Source of the DNA: an uncultured delta proteobacterium
GTDB lineage: Bacteria > Desulfobacterota > Syntrophia > Syntrophales > UBA2185
Assembly: GCA_963729715.1 (NCBI GenBank)
Contig: CAVSPA010000005.1
Location: forward strand, 512,001 to 576,000
Direction: 5' to 3'
DNA: 64,000 nt
In this document: piece after piece, positions 30,013-41,539 of the stretch
Layout of the letters: each line of letters begins with the position of its first letter
How positions within the stretch are numbered: position 1 is the first letter of the stretch
The notes under the pieces: generated by a model
What the model was told of the DNA's origin: nothing
Seen by the model: only the letters and a program-made list of their open reading frames with translations
Databases searched by the model: none
Made by a program: the position numbers and the translations under genes

Positions 30013-30792
30013 TCACCAGATCATCCTCGTCCTTACACCGCTACCTTGCAAATACTTCTTGATCTCTGAGATCGTATAGTGCCGGTAATGAACCATCGAC
30101 GCAATCAGGGCTGCATCGGCTTTGCCGTGGGTAAGGACATCTTTGAGATGTTCAGGTTTTCCCGCCCCTCCCGAGGCAATGACCGGTATGTTAACGTTCG
30201 TGGATATGAGATGCGTAAGTTTGATTTCATAACCTTCCTGTGTACCATCGGCATCGATGGAATTCAGGCAAATCTCACCTGCCCCCAGATTCTCTGCCTC
30301 TTTAGCCCACCATAAGGCGTCGATTCCGGTGAATACCCGACCCCCATGGATAACCATTTCATAGCCTGAAGGTATCTTGACACTCGCTTCCACCTTCTTG
30401 ACATCCATGCCGAGCACCACACACTGGCTGCCGAAGGCCTTGGCGCCTTCAGATATCAAGGGCGGATTTTTCACTGCCTCAGAATTGATGCTGATTTTTT
30501 CGGCCCCCGCAAGAATGACGCGTCGCATGTCTTCAACCGTACGGATGCCGCCGCCAACGGAGAAGGGAATAAAAATTGTTGCCGCAACTCGTTTGACAAC
30601 GTCTATCATGATGTCTCGCTCGTCAGATGACGCGGTGATGTCATAAAAGACTATTTCATCAGCGCCCTGTTCATAGTACTCACGCGCCGCTTCACCGGGG
30701 TCCCCGATATCGATGTTCCCCTTGAACTTGATACCTTTTGTGAGCTTTCCATCACGCACGTCGAGACAGGGTATGATCCTCTTACTCAGCAT
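30013..30792 (-). CDS. hisF: Imidazole glycerol phosphate synthase cyclase subunit
   Basis: [39 protein letters not shown]. Confidence 0.96.
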   Translation of the reverse strand: MLSKRIIPCLDVRDGKLTKGIKFKGNIDIGDPGEAAREYYEQGADEIVFYDITASSDERDIMIDVVKRVAATIFIPFSVGGGIRTVEDMRRVILAGAEKISINSEAVKNPPLISEGAKAFGSQCVVLGMDVKKVEASVKIPSGYEMVIHGGRVFTGIDALWWAKEAENLGAGEICLNSIDADGTQEGYEIKLTHLISTNVNIPVIASGGAGKPEHLKDVLTHGKADAALIASMVHYRHYTISEIKKYLQGSGVRTRMIW

Positions 30793-31417
30793 CTTCGCCT
30801 CCCCAACGGCAGAAGTTGGCCAGTATCTGGAGTCCCGGCCTTCCGCTTTTTTCCGGATGAAATTGAACGGCCACTAAATTCCTGCGGGCCAAAGCAGCGC
30901 AGAAAAGCTGCCCATAATCGGTCCAGCCGATTACCAACCGGTCATCAGCGGGAGCCGGATAATAGGAGTGGACGAAATAGAATTGGGCTTCATCGGTAAT
31001 ATCCCGAAAAAGGGGGTGATCCTTTTGAAAGGCCACATGGTTCCATCCCATGTGGGGAATCTTGAGGGGCATACAGTTTTCCTGCAGATTATTTGGGAAT
31101 CGCTTGACGGCGCCTGGGATGATTCCGAGGCATTGCGTGTCGTTCTCTTCGCTGTACTCGAAAATAACCTGCGTTCCGAGACAAATGCCCAGCATGGGCT
31201 TTCCTTCGCCTACCCATTCAGGTATCCATCGATCGAGATGTTTCTGTCGCAGATTCACAATCGCTTCACCTGCGGCACCCACGCCGGGAAAGATTATACG
31301 GCTGGCCTCCTTAAGTACTTTTGGATCATCACTGATCCGGCAGGGTTCCCCTAAATAACGAAGCGCCCGCGCTACACTGGTCAGATTCCCGGCCTGATAA
31401 TCGATAATTCCTATCAT
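30782..31417 (-). CDS. hisH: Imidazole glycerol phosphate synthase glutaminase subunit
   Basis: [40 protein letters not shown]. Confidence 0.96.
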   Translation of the reverse strand: MIGIIDYQAGNLTSVARALRYLGEPCRISDDPKVLKEASRIIFPGVGAAGEAIVNLRQKHLDRWIPEWVGEGKPMLGICLGTQVIFEYSEENDTQCLGIIPGAVKRFPNNLQENCMPLKIPHMGWNHVAFQKDHPLFRDITDEAQFYFVHSYYPAPADDRLVIGWTDYGQLFCAALARRNLVAVQFHPEKSGRPGLQILANFCRWGGEDAE

Positions 31418-31567
31418 GATATTCTACCCAAGCGGGCCTTACCTCACTCATAATGTTGAAAAGTTTCTAGCGCTCTCAATATATACTAAATCAAATTTTC
31501 TCCAAATACGCAATACATATGCCGCAACATCCACGGCTGCTCGGGCATTGTCTGCATCCTTGGCATA

Positions 31568-32512
31568 TCAGACATTCTTTACACAATCGATTCCCTGATA
31601 TGTATTCCTTCTATCAAGTTCCTTGTCTATGGCATTCAAGACTTCCATCTTATTGACAGCCCACTTGGGCCCAAGAAATATATCCCGGTAACCGTCCGCC
31701 GTGAGCCGTTGAATGACCATCTCCGGCGGCAGAATCTCCAGAATGTCGCACACTATCCTTACATAATCGTACCTGCTGAACACGGTGATTTCCCCTTTTT
31801 CATAAAGATCACCGATAACAGTCCCTCTCAGGGCCAAGAGGGCATGTATCTTGATCCCATGAATCGGGAGGGGCGCAATCGCACTTGCAGTCTCCAGGAT
31901 ATCCTCCCGCGTTTCGCCCGGTAAACCAACAATGATATGCGCGCAAATATTGACGTTGCTGCCGGACAGCCTGTGCACCGCGTCAAGAAAGGTTGCGGCA
32001 GAGTGTCCCCTGTTGATAAGCCGCAGGGTCTTATCATGCATCGACTGAAGACCCAATTCGAGCCATACATGGTTTTTCGTGGCATATCCTCGAAGAAGGT
32101 CGATTATGCCGTCGGACAGGCAATCCGGACGGGTACCTACGGAAAGACCGATGACGTCTTCCTCTCCCAACGCTTCGTCGTACAGTTTCTTTAGCTTATC
32201 AATCGGCGCATACGTATTAGTGAATGTCTGGAAATAAGCGATGAATCTTCCCGCATTTCTGTTTTTCTTATAATATTCCTTGCCCCGGCGGATCTGCTGT
32301 GCCACCGAGGGAAGCGGACCGATCTGCCTCAGTTTCGAACCCCGACCATCGCAGTATGCGCATCCCCCTTTCGATACCGTGCCATCACGGTTGGGGCAGG
32401 TGAATCCCGCATCGATCTGGAGCTTGTAAACCCTGCTCCCGAACCGGTTCAGCCAGAAGCTTTTCAGATCGTAATATCTTTTTTTGTTGTTCCAGAGCGA
32501 TGGCTTGGGCAA
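31568..32512 (-). CDS. Radical SAM protein (TIGR01212/YhcC-like)
   Basis: DAGFTCPNRDG....GCAYC, YFQTFTNTY, GTRPDC, ELGLQS, INRGH. Confidence 0.92.
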   Translation of the reverse strand: MPKPSLWNNKKRYYDLKSFWLNRFGSRVYKLQIDAGFTCPNRDGTVSKGGCAYCDGRGSKLRQIGPLPSVAQQIRRGKEYYKKNRNAGRFIAYFQTFTNTYAPIDKLKKLYDEALGEEDVIGLSVGTRPDCLSDGIIDLLRGYATKNHVWLELGLQSMHDKTLRLINRGHSAATFLDAVHRLSGSNVNICAHIIVGLPGETREDILETASAIAPLPIHGIKIHALLALRGTVIGDLYEKGEITVFSRYDYVRIVCDILEILPPEMVIQRLTADGYRDIFLGPKWAVNKMEVLNAIDKELDRRNTYQGIDCVKNV

Positions 32513-32646
32513 GAAGGCCTCTTTTTCGTTGTAATTTTTAAATTGACATTATTAAATTATATGCAAAACTGCAACATTTCAATTGCGACTCCAAACCATT
32601 GAACCGATCATCGGCGGGTTTCGAGTCACTCAAAATGGTGTTTCGG

Positions 32647-34557
32647 ATGGAAGATAGATCAAGAAGTTACGACGTGATAATCGTCGGCGCAGGTCATGCC
32701 GGCTGTGAAGCAGCGTTGGCGTCCGCCAGGATGGGCTGCTCCACGATCATGTTCAATATCAATCTGGATTCTATCGCCCTCATGTCCTGTAACCCAGCCA
32801 TCGGAGGTCTTGCCAAAGGCCAGTTGGTCAAGGAGGTTGATGCCCTGGGCGGAGAGATGGGAAAGATCGCCGATAAGACGGCAGTACATTTCCGCCTGCT
32901 CAACGCCTCGAAAGGGCCCGCGGTTCAATCCTCCCGGTTCCAATGCGATAAACAGCTCTACAGGCTCGCCATGAAAGCGACAGTGGAGAAGGAAAAAAAT
33001 CTTCATCTCAGACAGACTCTCATTGACCGCATTGTCGTCGAAGACGGCAGGGCTATAGGTGTGGAAGACCACCTCGGCGTCTTTTATCGCGGCAAGGCCA
33101 TTGTCGTGACGACAGGGACATTTCTCAACGGCTTGATACATATTGGAACGGTGCACTATGAGGCGGGTAGGGCAGGAGAGATGTCCTCCATTCATCTCGC
33201 AGAATCCCTCAGGTCTCTCGGTTTCGAAACGGGACGTATGAAGACAGGCACTCCGCCGAGGTTGCGTGCGTCAACTATCGATTTTTTGACGCTGGAAAGA
33301 CAGGATAGCGACCCAGAACCGGAGCCATTTTCCTTCACCACGGAGAAGCTCCGCGAAGAACGTCTTCCTTCGTATTTCTCATACACGACGAGAGAAACAC
33401 ACAGCCTCATCAGGGAAAACATCACGTCTTCTCCGCTCTATTCAGGCACCATAAAGGGGATCAGCGCGCGTTACTGCCCCTCTCTTGAAGACAAAGTGAT
33501 GCGTTTCTCCGATAAGGAAAGGCATCCTGTCGTTTTAGAATTCGAAGGTCTGGAGACGGAAGAGATTTACGCCAAAGGCCTCGGAAACAGCATGCCTCAG
33601 GATCTTCAGGAGCTGATCATCCACAGCGTCCCCGGCCTTGAGGACGCAGAAGTCATGCGCCCCGCATACGCCATTGAGTATGACTTCGTGCAACCGACGC
33701 AACTTCGGCAGACCCTGGAAACGAAGCCAATTGCGGGATTATATCTGGCTGGCCAAATCAACGGCACATCTGGCTACGAAGAAGCGGCAGCGCAAGGGTT
33801 ATGGGCCGGCATAAATGCGGCCCTTGCCGTGCAGGGAAGAGCTCCTTTCATCCTTGATCGCTCGGAGGCCTATATGGGGGTTATGATCGATGACCTTGTC
33901 ACAAGGGGCGTTGACGAGCCATACAGGATGTTTACGTCTCGGGCAGAATACCGCCTGATCCTCCGCGAGGATAATGCGGCAATTCGTCTCATGGCGAAGG
34001 GATACGACCTGGGCCTCATCCCGCGCAATTACTATGATCACCTGCAAGAAAAGGTGCATGAAATAACCGATAGAACACACCGGCTCTCTGCCCTAAAGAT
34101 TTTTCCCAATGAAAAGGTCAATAAGATCCTTCAGACAATGGGAACTCCTCCGATCAAGAATCCTGTCACGCTCTATCAGCTTCTGAAGAGAAGCGAAATT
34201 TCCTACGATGATCTGAAGGTCTTTGAGGGCTGGGAGCCTATAGCGGACAGATTTGTTAAAAAGCAAATCTGTATAGAGTCCAGATATGAAGGATACATTA
34301 AACGTCAGCAGGAGGCCGTGGAAAGGATGAAACAGGTTGAAGAGAAGAAAATCCCCAAAGGCATGAATTACGACTGCATACCTGGACTTTCCACTGAATT
34401 GAAAATGAAGTTGATGAAGATTGAACCTTCAACCATCGGGCAAGCGGAAAGGATACCGGGAATGACACAAGCAGCGATCACGGCCATTTTGATCATGATG
34501 AAAAAGATGGAGTTTGAAGCAGTCGCGCAACAAGAAAAAAAATCGCCGCCACCCTGA
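32647..34557 (+). CDS. mnmG: tRNA uridine-5-carboxymethylaminomethyl modification enzyme
   Basis: GAGHAGCEAA, MSCNPAIGGLAKG, KTGTPPR, RYCPSLEDK, AGQINGTSGYEEAAAQG. Exact start uncertain. Confidence 0.97.
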   Translation: MEDRSRSYDVIIVGAGHAGCEAALASARMGCSTIMFNINLDSIALMSCNPAIGGLAKGQLVKEVDALGGEMGKIADKTAVHFRLLNASKGPAVQSSRFQCDKQLYRLAMKATVEKEKNLHLRQTLIDRIVVEDGRAIGVEDHLGVFYRGKAIVVTTGTFLNGLIHIGTVHYEAGRAGEMSSIHLAESLRSLGFETGRMKTGTPPRLRASTIDFLTLERQDSDPEPEPFSFTTEKLREERLPSYFSYTTRETHSLIRENITSSPLYSGTIKGISARYCPSLEDKVMRFSDKERHPVVLEFEGLETEEIYAKGLGNSMPQDLQELIIHSVPGLEDAEVMRPAYAIEYDFVQPTQLRQTLETKPIAGLYLAGQINGTSGYEEAAAQGLWAGINAALAVQGRAPFILDRSEAYMGVMIDDLVTRGVDEPYRMFTSRAEYRLILREDNAAIRLMAKGYDLGLIPRNYYDHLQEKVHEITDRTHRLSALKIFPNEKVNKILQTMGTPPIKNPVTLYQLLKRSEISYDDLKVFEGWEPIADRFVKKQICIESRYEGYIKRQQEAVERMKQVEEKKIPKGMNYDCIPGLSTELKMKLMKIEPSTIGQAERIPGMTQAAITAILIMMKKMEFEAVAQQEKKSPPP

Positions 34558-35068
34558 TTATGAGCGCAGCTCATGGGCATTGCTTTTTTTAATATCTTTC
34601 TTGCCGGTAAATTTACAGCCCTATGCCCTTTCTTTTCTTTGCAAACATCAGAATTGTGGATAGATTCAAGCGTGGTAGGCTGTATTTTTCAGGCACGGCA
34701 AATACATTTCTGCATCTGTCATCCGCATTCCATACAGTCGACTCATAACCATTAATCCCGTGTAACACAAATAGTGCGACATTTCTCCGATCTTAGTTCA
34801 TGTCATCGATACTCCGAAGACTGATCTCTACAAATGTGAGACATAGTGACATGCGAGAGGCGCAAATTCTCTTGGATCTGTGAAGAAACAAACAAGACCA
34901 GTGAAATTTGACTTAATCTTGCTGACAAATGTATCCACAAAGTGACAAAAACGATGACATTCAAAGATACCGGTTGATCGAGGCAAGCTTTATTGGATTC
35001 TTCATGCTGTACGGATCAAATTATAAGAAACTGATCGTCCATGCATACATTAAAGTATCATATAACCT

Positions 35069-36453
35069 CATATCCGTCCAAAATAAATTTTTGGAATTGA
35101 AAAGGGTGCACACAATCAGGTAGAAGTTTCTTTGCGGAAAGAAAACGAAACCTGAAAGGGGACACCCTGATGAACAGATTTAACAGTATTTTTGGTCAAA
35201 TTCTACACCTATTTTCGAAGCGCGAGTTTTTTGAAGCAGTATATGATACCCAGGCTGAGCGAGGTGCCAAGGGTTTCAGTTGTTGGGATCAGTTTGTGGC
35301 CATGTTGTTTTGCCAGCTTGGGCAGGCCCATTCGTTAAGAGAGATCTGCGGGGGCCTGGCCAGTTGTTTCGGTAAAGCGAAGCATCTGGGGCTCCGAGCG
35401 GCCCCTAAGCGATCGACGCTATCTTATGCCAATGAACATCGGCCGTGGCAGTTATACGAGAAGGTCTTTTATCACCTTCTGGGCAAATGCCGGCAACTGG
35501 ACTTCGGCAAGCGCCGGTTTCGATTTAAGAGCAAGCTCTTTTCTCTGGATGCCACGGTCATTGAGCTTTGCGCCAGCCTCTTTGACTGGGCGAAGTTCCG
35601 ACAAACCAAAGGGGCGGTGAAGCTTCATTTGCTTTTGGACCATGACGGATATCTGCCGGTCTTTGCACACCTCACTGACGGGAAGGTCCACGAGGTGAAG
35701 GTTGCCCAGACCATGCTCTTTCCTTCCGGATCGATTGTGGCGATCGATAAAGGGTATATCGATTACGATCTGTTTTGGACCTGGACCCAAGGCGGTGTTT
35801 ACTTTGTAACCCGGCAGAAAGATAATGCCCGCTTCCGGATTCTGGAGGAAAGACCCGTTCCCAAGAACAGAAACATCTTGAGCGACCAGATGATTGAACT
35901 CGAAGGATTCTACTCTCATCAGAAGTATCCCGGCGCCTTGAGACGACTGGAAGTCTGGGACGAAGAAAATGAAAAGGTCATTGTCCTTTTAACCAATCAC
36001 ATGACCTTCGGGGCAACGACGGTTGCCGCCATATACAAAGACCGATGGCAGATAGAGATTTTCTTCAAGACCCTCAAACAGAATCTGAGGATCAAGACCT
36101 TTGTGGGGACCTCCCCAAACGCTCTTTTGATCCAGATTTGGACAGCATTGATCAGCGTCCTGATTCTGAAGTACCTGAAGTTCAGATCGAGCTTTCTATG
36201 GTCTCTGTCCAACCTTGTGGCGATGCTACGATATAACCTGTTCACTTACAGGGATTTATGGACGTGGATTGATCAGCCGTTTGAGCCGCCGCCCATGATT
36301 ATCATGCAGGAGCAACTATCTCTGAATTGGACAGCATAGTAACCAAGGAAGAAAAAAAGAGGTAACCTGATTTTCAAAGAGCTAAAAAAACCGTCCAAAT
36401 ACCTGATTCCATGGGGCCGTCATACCCATTTCAGGTTATTTTGGACAGCACTG
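35069..36453 (+). mobile_element. IS4-family insertion sequence, 1385 bp, 9-bp target site duplication
   Basis: Imperfect IRs CATATCCGTCCAAAATAA and CAGTGCTGTCCAAAATAA (reverse complement). Direct repeat ATATAACCT at 35060-35068 and 36454-36462. Confidence 0.93.
35170..36339 (+). CDS. IS4-family DDE transposase
   Basis: SLREI, RSTLSYAN, LDATVI, KLH, DKGY, YKDRWQIEIFFK (YREK motif); frame intact. Confidence 0.96.
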   Translation: MNRFNSIFGQILHLFSKREFFEAVYDTQAERGAKGFSCWDQFVAMLFCQLGQAHSLREICGGLASCFGKAKHLGLRAAPKRSTLSYANEHRPWQLYEKVFYHLLGKCRQLDFGKRRFRFKSKLFSLDATVIELCASLFDWAKFRQTKGAVKLHLLLDHDGYLPVFAHLTDGKVHEVKVAQTMLFPSGSIVAIDKGYIDYDLFWTWTQGGVYFVTRQKDNARFRILEERPVPKNRNILSDQMIELEGFYSHQKYPGALRRLEVWDEENEKVIVLLTNHMTFGATTVAAIYKDRWQIEIFFKTLKQNLRIKTFVGTSPNALLIQIWTALISVLILKYLKFRSSFLWSLSNLVAMLRYNLFTYRDLWTWIDQPFEPPPMIIMQEQLSLNWTA

Positions 36454-36827
36454 ATATAACCTAATAATCCACATAAAGAACAATTGTGTCATATGTGAAT
36501 TATCGTAAATTACTTATTTCTTGTTTCTTAATGCACATTGTCGTCCCAAAATAAAAATAAAAGTTGCGATTTTGTATTAAATGAGCTATAAATAGTCTGC
36601 CGAGTAGAGAAGAGAGAATAGTCTTTTTGTTTGCAAGCGGATTGAAAGAAACAATTTCGCTATAGGTGTTCTCGCAAAGCGACAATTCTTGGCACTTTCT
36701 ATTTTTTAACGCTGATTATATTCAAGACGACCAGTACGTAATAATCTGTTTCTCTATGGAATAAGGAAAATGTACCAAGTAGTTGGAAATTCTGTGGAAG
36801 GGAAGAGGAAGGAGTCTTGTAACTTCT

Positions 36828-38447
36828 ATGACCAAGCAAATATGGAGTCCGTCACAGATTGGCAGGGCAGGCGCTAAGGACTTAAGCGTTCATAATTACG
36901 AAGAACTTGCTGCTCTTCACGCTATTGCCAAGATACTGGCACAATCTCAAGAATTGCGCGATCACCTGGAGCAGGTCTTAAAAGAGATGAGCCTGCGACT
37001 GGGAATGGAGCGTGGTATGATATCGCTTCTCGATCGCGAGACAGGGGAAGCATGGCTCGACGTGGCGCACGATGTCAACATTCAGGGGCTTGAGGTCATG
37101 TATAAACCTGGTGAGGGAATTACCGGGAGAGTGGCACAGACCGGACGTCCCATGGCAGTAGCCAATCTCGGGAAGGAGGCTCACTTTCTGGACCGCACGG
37201 GTGCAAGACGTTCGTTGAACAGGTCCGAACTATCTTTCCTCTGCGTGCCAATCATATATGACGCCAGGGTCGTTGGCGTGATATCTGCAGATAAAGTGGC
37301 GCGTATTGTCGAGAATCTCGATCGTGAGCTTGCCATGCTTTCAGCGGTTGCTGAGCTCATTGCCAGAGCAGTCCACACCCGTGCCCTCGAAGAGGAAAAC
37401 CGCCGTCTGAGAATGATCGTCGGCCGTTCTAAAGCGCCATCGGTGGATATCATCGGCAGTTCCAGGGCCATGCAGGAAATTTACGGACTTATCGCGCAGG
37501 TAGCGGGTACAAACACGACGGTATTGATTAGCGGAGAAACAGGAACCGGTAAGGAATTGGTTGCGGAGGCAATCCATCTGAACAGCTTGCGAAAAGATAG
37601 TCCTTTAATTTATGTGAATTGCGCTGCCATGCCGGACACACTGATAGAAAGCGAACTTTTCGGACATGAAAAGGGTGCATTCACAGGAGCGGTACACAAT
37701 AGGAAGGGTAGATTTGAAGAAGCGCACGCTGGAACAGTCGTTCTTGATGAAGTGGGTGAATTGTCAGCAGCGGCTCAGGCAAAGCTATTGCGAGTCCTAC
37801 AGGATAAACAAATACAACCCTTAGGTTCGTCGAAGGTGGTGAATGTCAATGTGCGCGTGATTGCGGCTACCAATCGAGACCTTGAACAGGATATTGTGGT
37901 AGGACGGTTTCGCAGTGATCTATACTATCGCCTTAATGTGTTCCCGATCTACCTCCCCCCCCTACGAGAGCGAGGCAGCGACATAATAATGCTGGCAGAC
38001 CATTTCGTACTGAAATATGCGAAAGAGCTTAGCAAGCCGGTGAACAGGATTTCTACTCCAGTACTGGAAACATTCTTGGCATATCAATGGCCGGGTAATG
38101 TAAGAGAACTGGAAAACTGCATGGAAAGAGCTGTCCTAGTGGCAACGGGAGATACCATTGAAAGCCTTCATCTCCCCCCTTCTCTTCAGCTTAAAATTAG
38201 AGATAACGAGAAAAAAGAGCAGGGAAAATTGAAAAATGTAGTTGAAAGTCAAGAGAGATCCTTAATTATCGATGCCCTGAAGGAAACGCGGGGAAATCAG
38301 AGCAAGGCAGCAAAATTGCTCGGTACCACGAAACGAATCACCCAGTATAAGATTCAGAAATTTGGTATTGACCCCTGGCAGTTTCGTCCTAAAAGGGACC
38401 GCTCCATGACAAATTCAGCAGAAGAGGAAATGGAAAGTAGTTCATAG
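36828..38447 (+). CDS. GAF + AAA+ + Fis-HTH sigma54 enhancer-binding protein (NifA-like architecture)
   Basis: GEGITGRV (GAF), [54 protein letters not shown]. Start is 36828 or 36783. Confidence 0.93.
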   Translation: MTKQIWSPSQIGRAGAKDLSVHNYEELAALHAIAKILAQSQELRDHLEQVLKEMSLRLGMERGMISLLDRETGEAWLDVAHDVNIQGLEVMYKPGEGITGRVAQTGRPMAVANLGKEAHFLDRTGARRSLNRSELSFLCVPIIYDARVVGVISADKVARIVENLDRELAMLSAVAELIARAVHTRALEEENRRLRMIVGRSKAPSVDIIGSSRAMQEIYGLIAQVAGTNTTVLISGETGTGKELVAEAIHLNSLRKDSPLIYVNCAAMPDTLIESELFGHEKGAFTGAVHNRKGRFEEAHAGTVVLDEVGELSAAAQAKLLRVLQDKQIQPLGSSKVVNVNVRVIAATNRDLEQDIVVGRFRSDLYYRLNVFPIYLPPLRERGSDIIMLADHFVLKYAKELSKPVNRISTPVLETFLAYQWPGNVRELENCMERAVLVATGDTIESLHLPPSLQLKIRDNEKKEQGKLKNVVESQERSLIIDALKETRGNQSKAAKLLGTTKRITQYKIQKFGIDPWQFRPKRDRSMTNSAEEEMESSS

Positions 38448-38795
38448 AAATTTATCGACGATGATCCCAAAAGTACATTTTTGTTTTTTATTTAACCTTT
38501 CATATATGTTGTGTTAGCGGATGTGACATGCGATCTTATTTCTGATATCTTCTCGTGTCTCTGCTCCCAAAACATAGAAGTTGTTACTTTAAATGATATT
38601 AAACGCTTATGATGAAGCGACAATGGTCATCAGGCATATGGTTCATTTTTGTCTACTGTATATTTGACTTTTATGAAAAATATGTGTAGTTGAGGCTTTA
38701 TTTTTTTTCAGATAATAGAAAGAGGTTTTTACAATCTTAAATAGTCCGTATTCATTTAAAAACCCTGCGGAGTAAATAAAAAGTGAGGAACATGT

Positions 38796-39926
38796 ATGTG
38801 TCGTCTATTTGCTGTTACCAGTTCAGACCCGCTTTCCCCGATGGTAGCGTTACGCGCCATTGACGTTATGAAGGAAGGACATGACGGGTCGGGTACGGGA
38901 ATGTTCATGACTGATCTGGCTGGTGATTTTGAAAAACTCAAGACAGAGCCGATCCTGTCCGGAACTTTTACCAATGAGGGCGTCAAATCACTGGACCGTC
39001 TTATGACAGAATGCGACTTTGGGGTAAAGCACGAGCTATCCATTCGCCCCAATAAACAGCCTCCCCCAGGTACGCCCAGGCGAGACTATTATCTGATTCG
39101 CGTATACGACTATCCGCCAGCATGGAAGGATCTCAGCGCAGCGGAGATTCAATTTCGCATGATGATGATCCGTCTGCAGTTGCGGCGGATGGGCGAGGAA
39201 GATGGGTCCATGATGATTTTCAGCTTCTGGCCTGACGTCATTATGATTAAAGAAGTTGGCGATCCCATGGCAATCGCGGATTATCTTGGACTTGATCGAA
39301 AAGAACTGCAGGCACGAACAATGCTCGTCCAGGGACGGCAAAATACAAACTATGCGATAAATATCTATGCGTGCCATCCCTTTTTCATTCAGGGCATGGC
39401 GACTATGACCAACGGGGAGAATACGGCCTTCGTCCCCATCAGGGAGTTTCTCACGTCGCGAGGTTTCCCTGGCTACATCGGCTACCAGTCAGACTCGGAA
39501 GTGTTTACACATATACTACATTACACGGTCAATCATCTGGCCCTTGGACTTCCGATGTACAAGCATGTGATTACGCCATTAATGGACGGGGAACTGGCAA
39601 AGCATCCGGATGGTCAATGGCTGCGCAGTCTAAAACAAGCCTGTCGTCCGTTGATCATTGACGGCCCCAATTGCGTTATGGGCTGTCTGCCGGACAAGAC
39701 CCTCTTTATGGTTCAGGACAGCAAGAAATTGCGCCCGGGAGTCGTCGGGGGCCATCCGGGAATGTATGCGTTTTCTTCTGAAATGTGTGGGCTGGATGCT
39801 ACGATACCAGCCCGTGATAAGAACCGCGATTTTCAACCAATGAAATATGACACAGTAATCGTCGGCCCGGAACGACGGGAGGTAGAGATATGGAACCAGT
39901 GGGATGCCTTACACCATTCACACTAA
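38796..39926 (+). CDS. Glutamate synthase amidotransferase subunit (split GltB part 1, class II GATase)
   Basis: N-terminal MCRL nucleophile, HPF, NGEN, SDSEV, DGP, KLRP. Confidence 0.88.
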   Translation: MCRLFAVTSSDPLSPMVALRAIDVMKEGHDGSGTGMFMTDLAGDFEKLKTEPILSGTFTNEGVKSLDRLMTECDFGVKHELSIRPNKQPPPGTPRRDYYLIRVYDYPPAWKDLSAAEIQFRMMMIRLQLRRMGEEDGSMMIFSFWPDVIMIKEVGDPMAIADYLGLDRKELQARTMLVQGRQNTNYAINIYACHPFFIQGMATMTNGENTAFVPIREFLTSRGFPGYIGYQSDSEVFTHILHYTVNHLALGLPMYKHVITPLMDGELAKHPDGQWLRSLKQACRPLIIDGPNCVMGCLPDKTLFMVQDSKKLRPGVVGGHPGMYAFSSEMCGLDATIPARDKNRDFQPMKYDTVIVGPERREVEIWNQWDALHHSH

Positions 39927-41524
39927 GCATAAAAGATCTTCCTTGGATTATCCTGTGGGATAAAGAAAAGTGCACTCTCTGCGGCAGATGTACGGCCGTT
40001 TGCCCTGTTCGCGCCATCGAACTGGGCGTCCACAGGAAGCGGGCCATCAACGTCTCCGTGGGGCTCGAGGAAAAACCCGGCAACCTGTTTAGTGTTTATC
40101 ACGGTATCGACCAGCGTACTGACCCGGTCCATGCCTGCGTGGGCTGTGGAATGTGCAATCTTGTATGCCCCAACAATTGCATTATACCCGCCCACAATGA
40201 GGAAATTGACAAGTTGCGCTTTCACAATAATGTGGGAGGTGTTCCCAGACGCCGTGGCGGGCGCCGCAACGTTCCCGGTGTCATTTTAGATCAAATAAAG
40301 TTTATACGCATATCCATGCTGACCGATCCGGCACTGGACGCAGGTCGCCACGAATTTGAATTGAGGACTCTTCTTGGGCGGATTCTGCCGCCCGAAGAGA
40401 TGGTCCGAGTGACGCAGGAAAACGGCTGGACGCCTCCGGTTCGAGAGATTTACCCGCTCCTCATCGGAAGCATGTCATTCGGCGCCCTGTCCCCCAATAT
40501 GTGGGAAGGGCTGCAAATGGGTGTGGCCTATTTGAATGAAGAATTGGGGATGCCTGTGAGGATGTGTACGGGCGAAGGCGGATGTCCCCCGCGGCTTCTC
40601 AGGTCTCGATTCCTAAAGTATGTTATTCTCCAGATAGCCAGCGGCTATTTTGGCTGGGACGAGATTATTCATGCCCTGCCTGAGATGAAGGAAGATCCTT
40701 GCGCCATAGAGATCAAGTACGGTCAGGGAGCTAAACCGGGTGATGGCGGCCTCCTCATGTGGTATAAGGTTAACAAACTAATCGCTGCAATCCGCGGCGT
40801 GCCGCCCGGCGTGAGTCTCCCCAGTCCGCCCACACACCAGACAAAATATTCCATCGAGGAATCAGTCGCCAAAATGATCCAGTCCATGTACATGGGGTGG
40901 GGTTTCCGCGTACCGGTATATCCGAAAATTTCCGGAACAAGCACGGCGCTCGCGGTCCTCAATAACCTGACGAGAAATCCATTCGCAGGGGGTCTGGCTA
41001 TTGACGGTGAGGATGGCGGCACCGGCGCGGCCTATAATATATCGATGAATCATATGGGGCATCCCATCGCGAGCAACATCCGGGATGCATACCTCAACCT
41101 CGTCAAACTGGGCAAACAGAACGAGATCCCTCTTTTTGCCGGAGGCGGCATCGGCAAGAGCGGCAATCTTGCAGCCAATGCAGCCGCCCTGATTATGCTA
41201 GGAGCAAGCGGCGTTCAGTCAGGAAAGTACATGATGCAGGCAGCAGCCGGCTGCCTCGGCTCTGAAAGCGATCGTTGCAACATCTGCAACATTGGCATCT
41301 GCCCTAAGGGCATAACCTCCCAGGACCCCAGAGTGGATAGACGCCTCGATCCCGAAAAGGTCGCCGAACGGGTCGTGGAGGTATTCTTAAGCTTTGACAC
41401 GGAATTGAAAAAAATAGTCGCTCCTCTGGGCCGCTCCACTTCACTTCCCATTGGTATGTCCGATGCTATTGGCATCGCAGATCATCATGCCGCCGAGCGG
41501 CTCAGTATCAGATATGTAGTGTAG
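39890..41524 (+). CDS. Glutamate synthase FMN subunit with N-terminal 2x[4Fe-4S] (split GltB part 2)
   Basis: Two CxxCxxCxxxCP motifs, MSFGALS, TGEGG, QIASG, IEIKYGQGAKPG, DGEDGGTGA, CPKGITSQD. Confidence 0.92.
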   Translation: MEPVGCLTPFTLSIKDLPWIILWDKEKCTLCGRCTAVCPVRAIELGVHRKRAINVSVGLEEKPGNLFSVYHGIDQRTDPVHACVGCGMCNLVCPNNCIIPAHNEEIDKLRFHNNVGGVPRRRGGRRNVPGVILDQIKFIRISMLTDPALDAGRHEFELRTLLGRILPPEEMVRVTQENGWTPPVREIYPLLIGSMSFGALSPNMWEGLQMGVAYLNEELGMPVRMCTGEGGCPPRLLRSRFLKYVILQIASGYFGWDEIIHALPEMKEDPCAIEIKYGQGAKPGDGGLLMWYKVNKLIAAIRGVPPGVSLPSPPTHQTKYSIEESVAKMIQSMYMGWGFRVPVYPKISGTSTALAVLNNLTRNPFAGGLAIDGEDGGTGAAYNISMNHMGHPIASNIRDAYLNLVKLGKQNEIPLFAGGGIGKSGNLAANAAALIMLGASGVQSGKYMMQAAAGCLGSESDRCNICNIGICPKGITSQDPRVDRRLDPEKVAERVVEVFLSFDTELKKIVAPLGRSTSLPIGMSDAIGIADHHAAERLSIRYVV

Positions 41525-41539
41525 GGATAAGGAGAGTTC

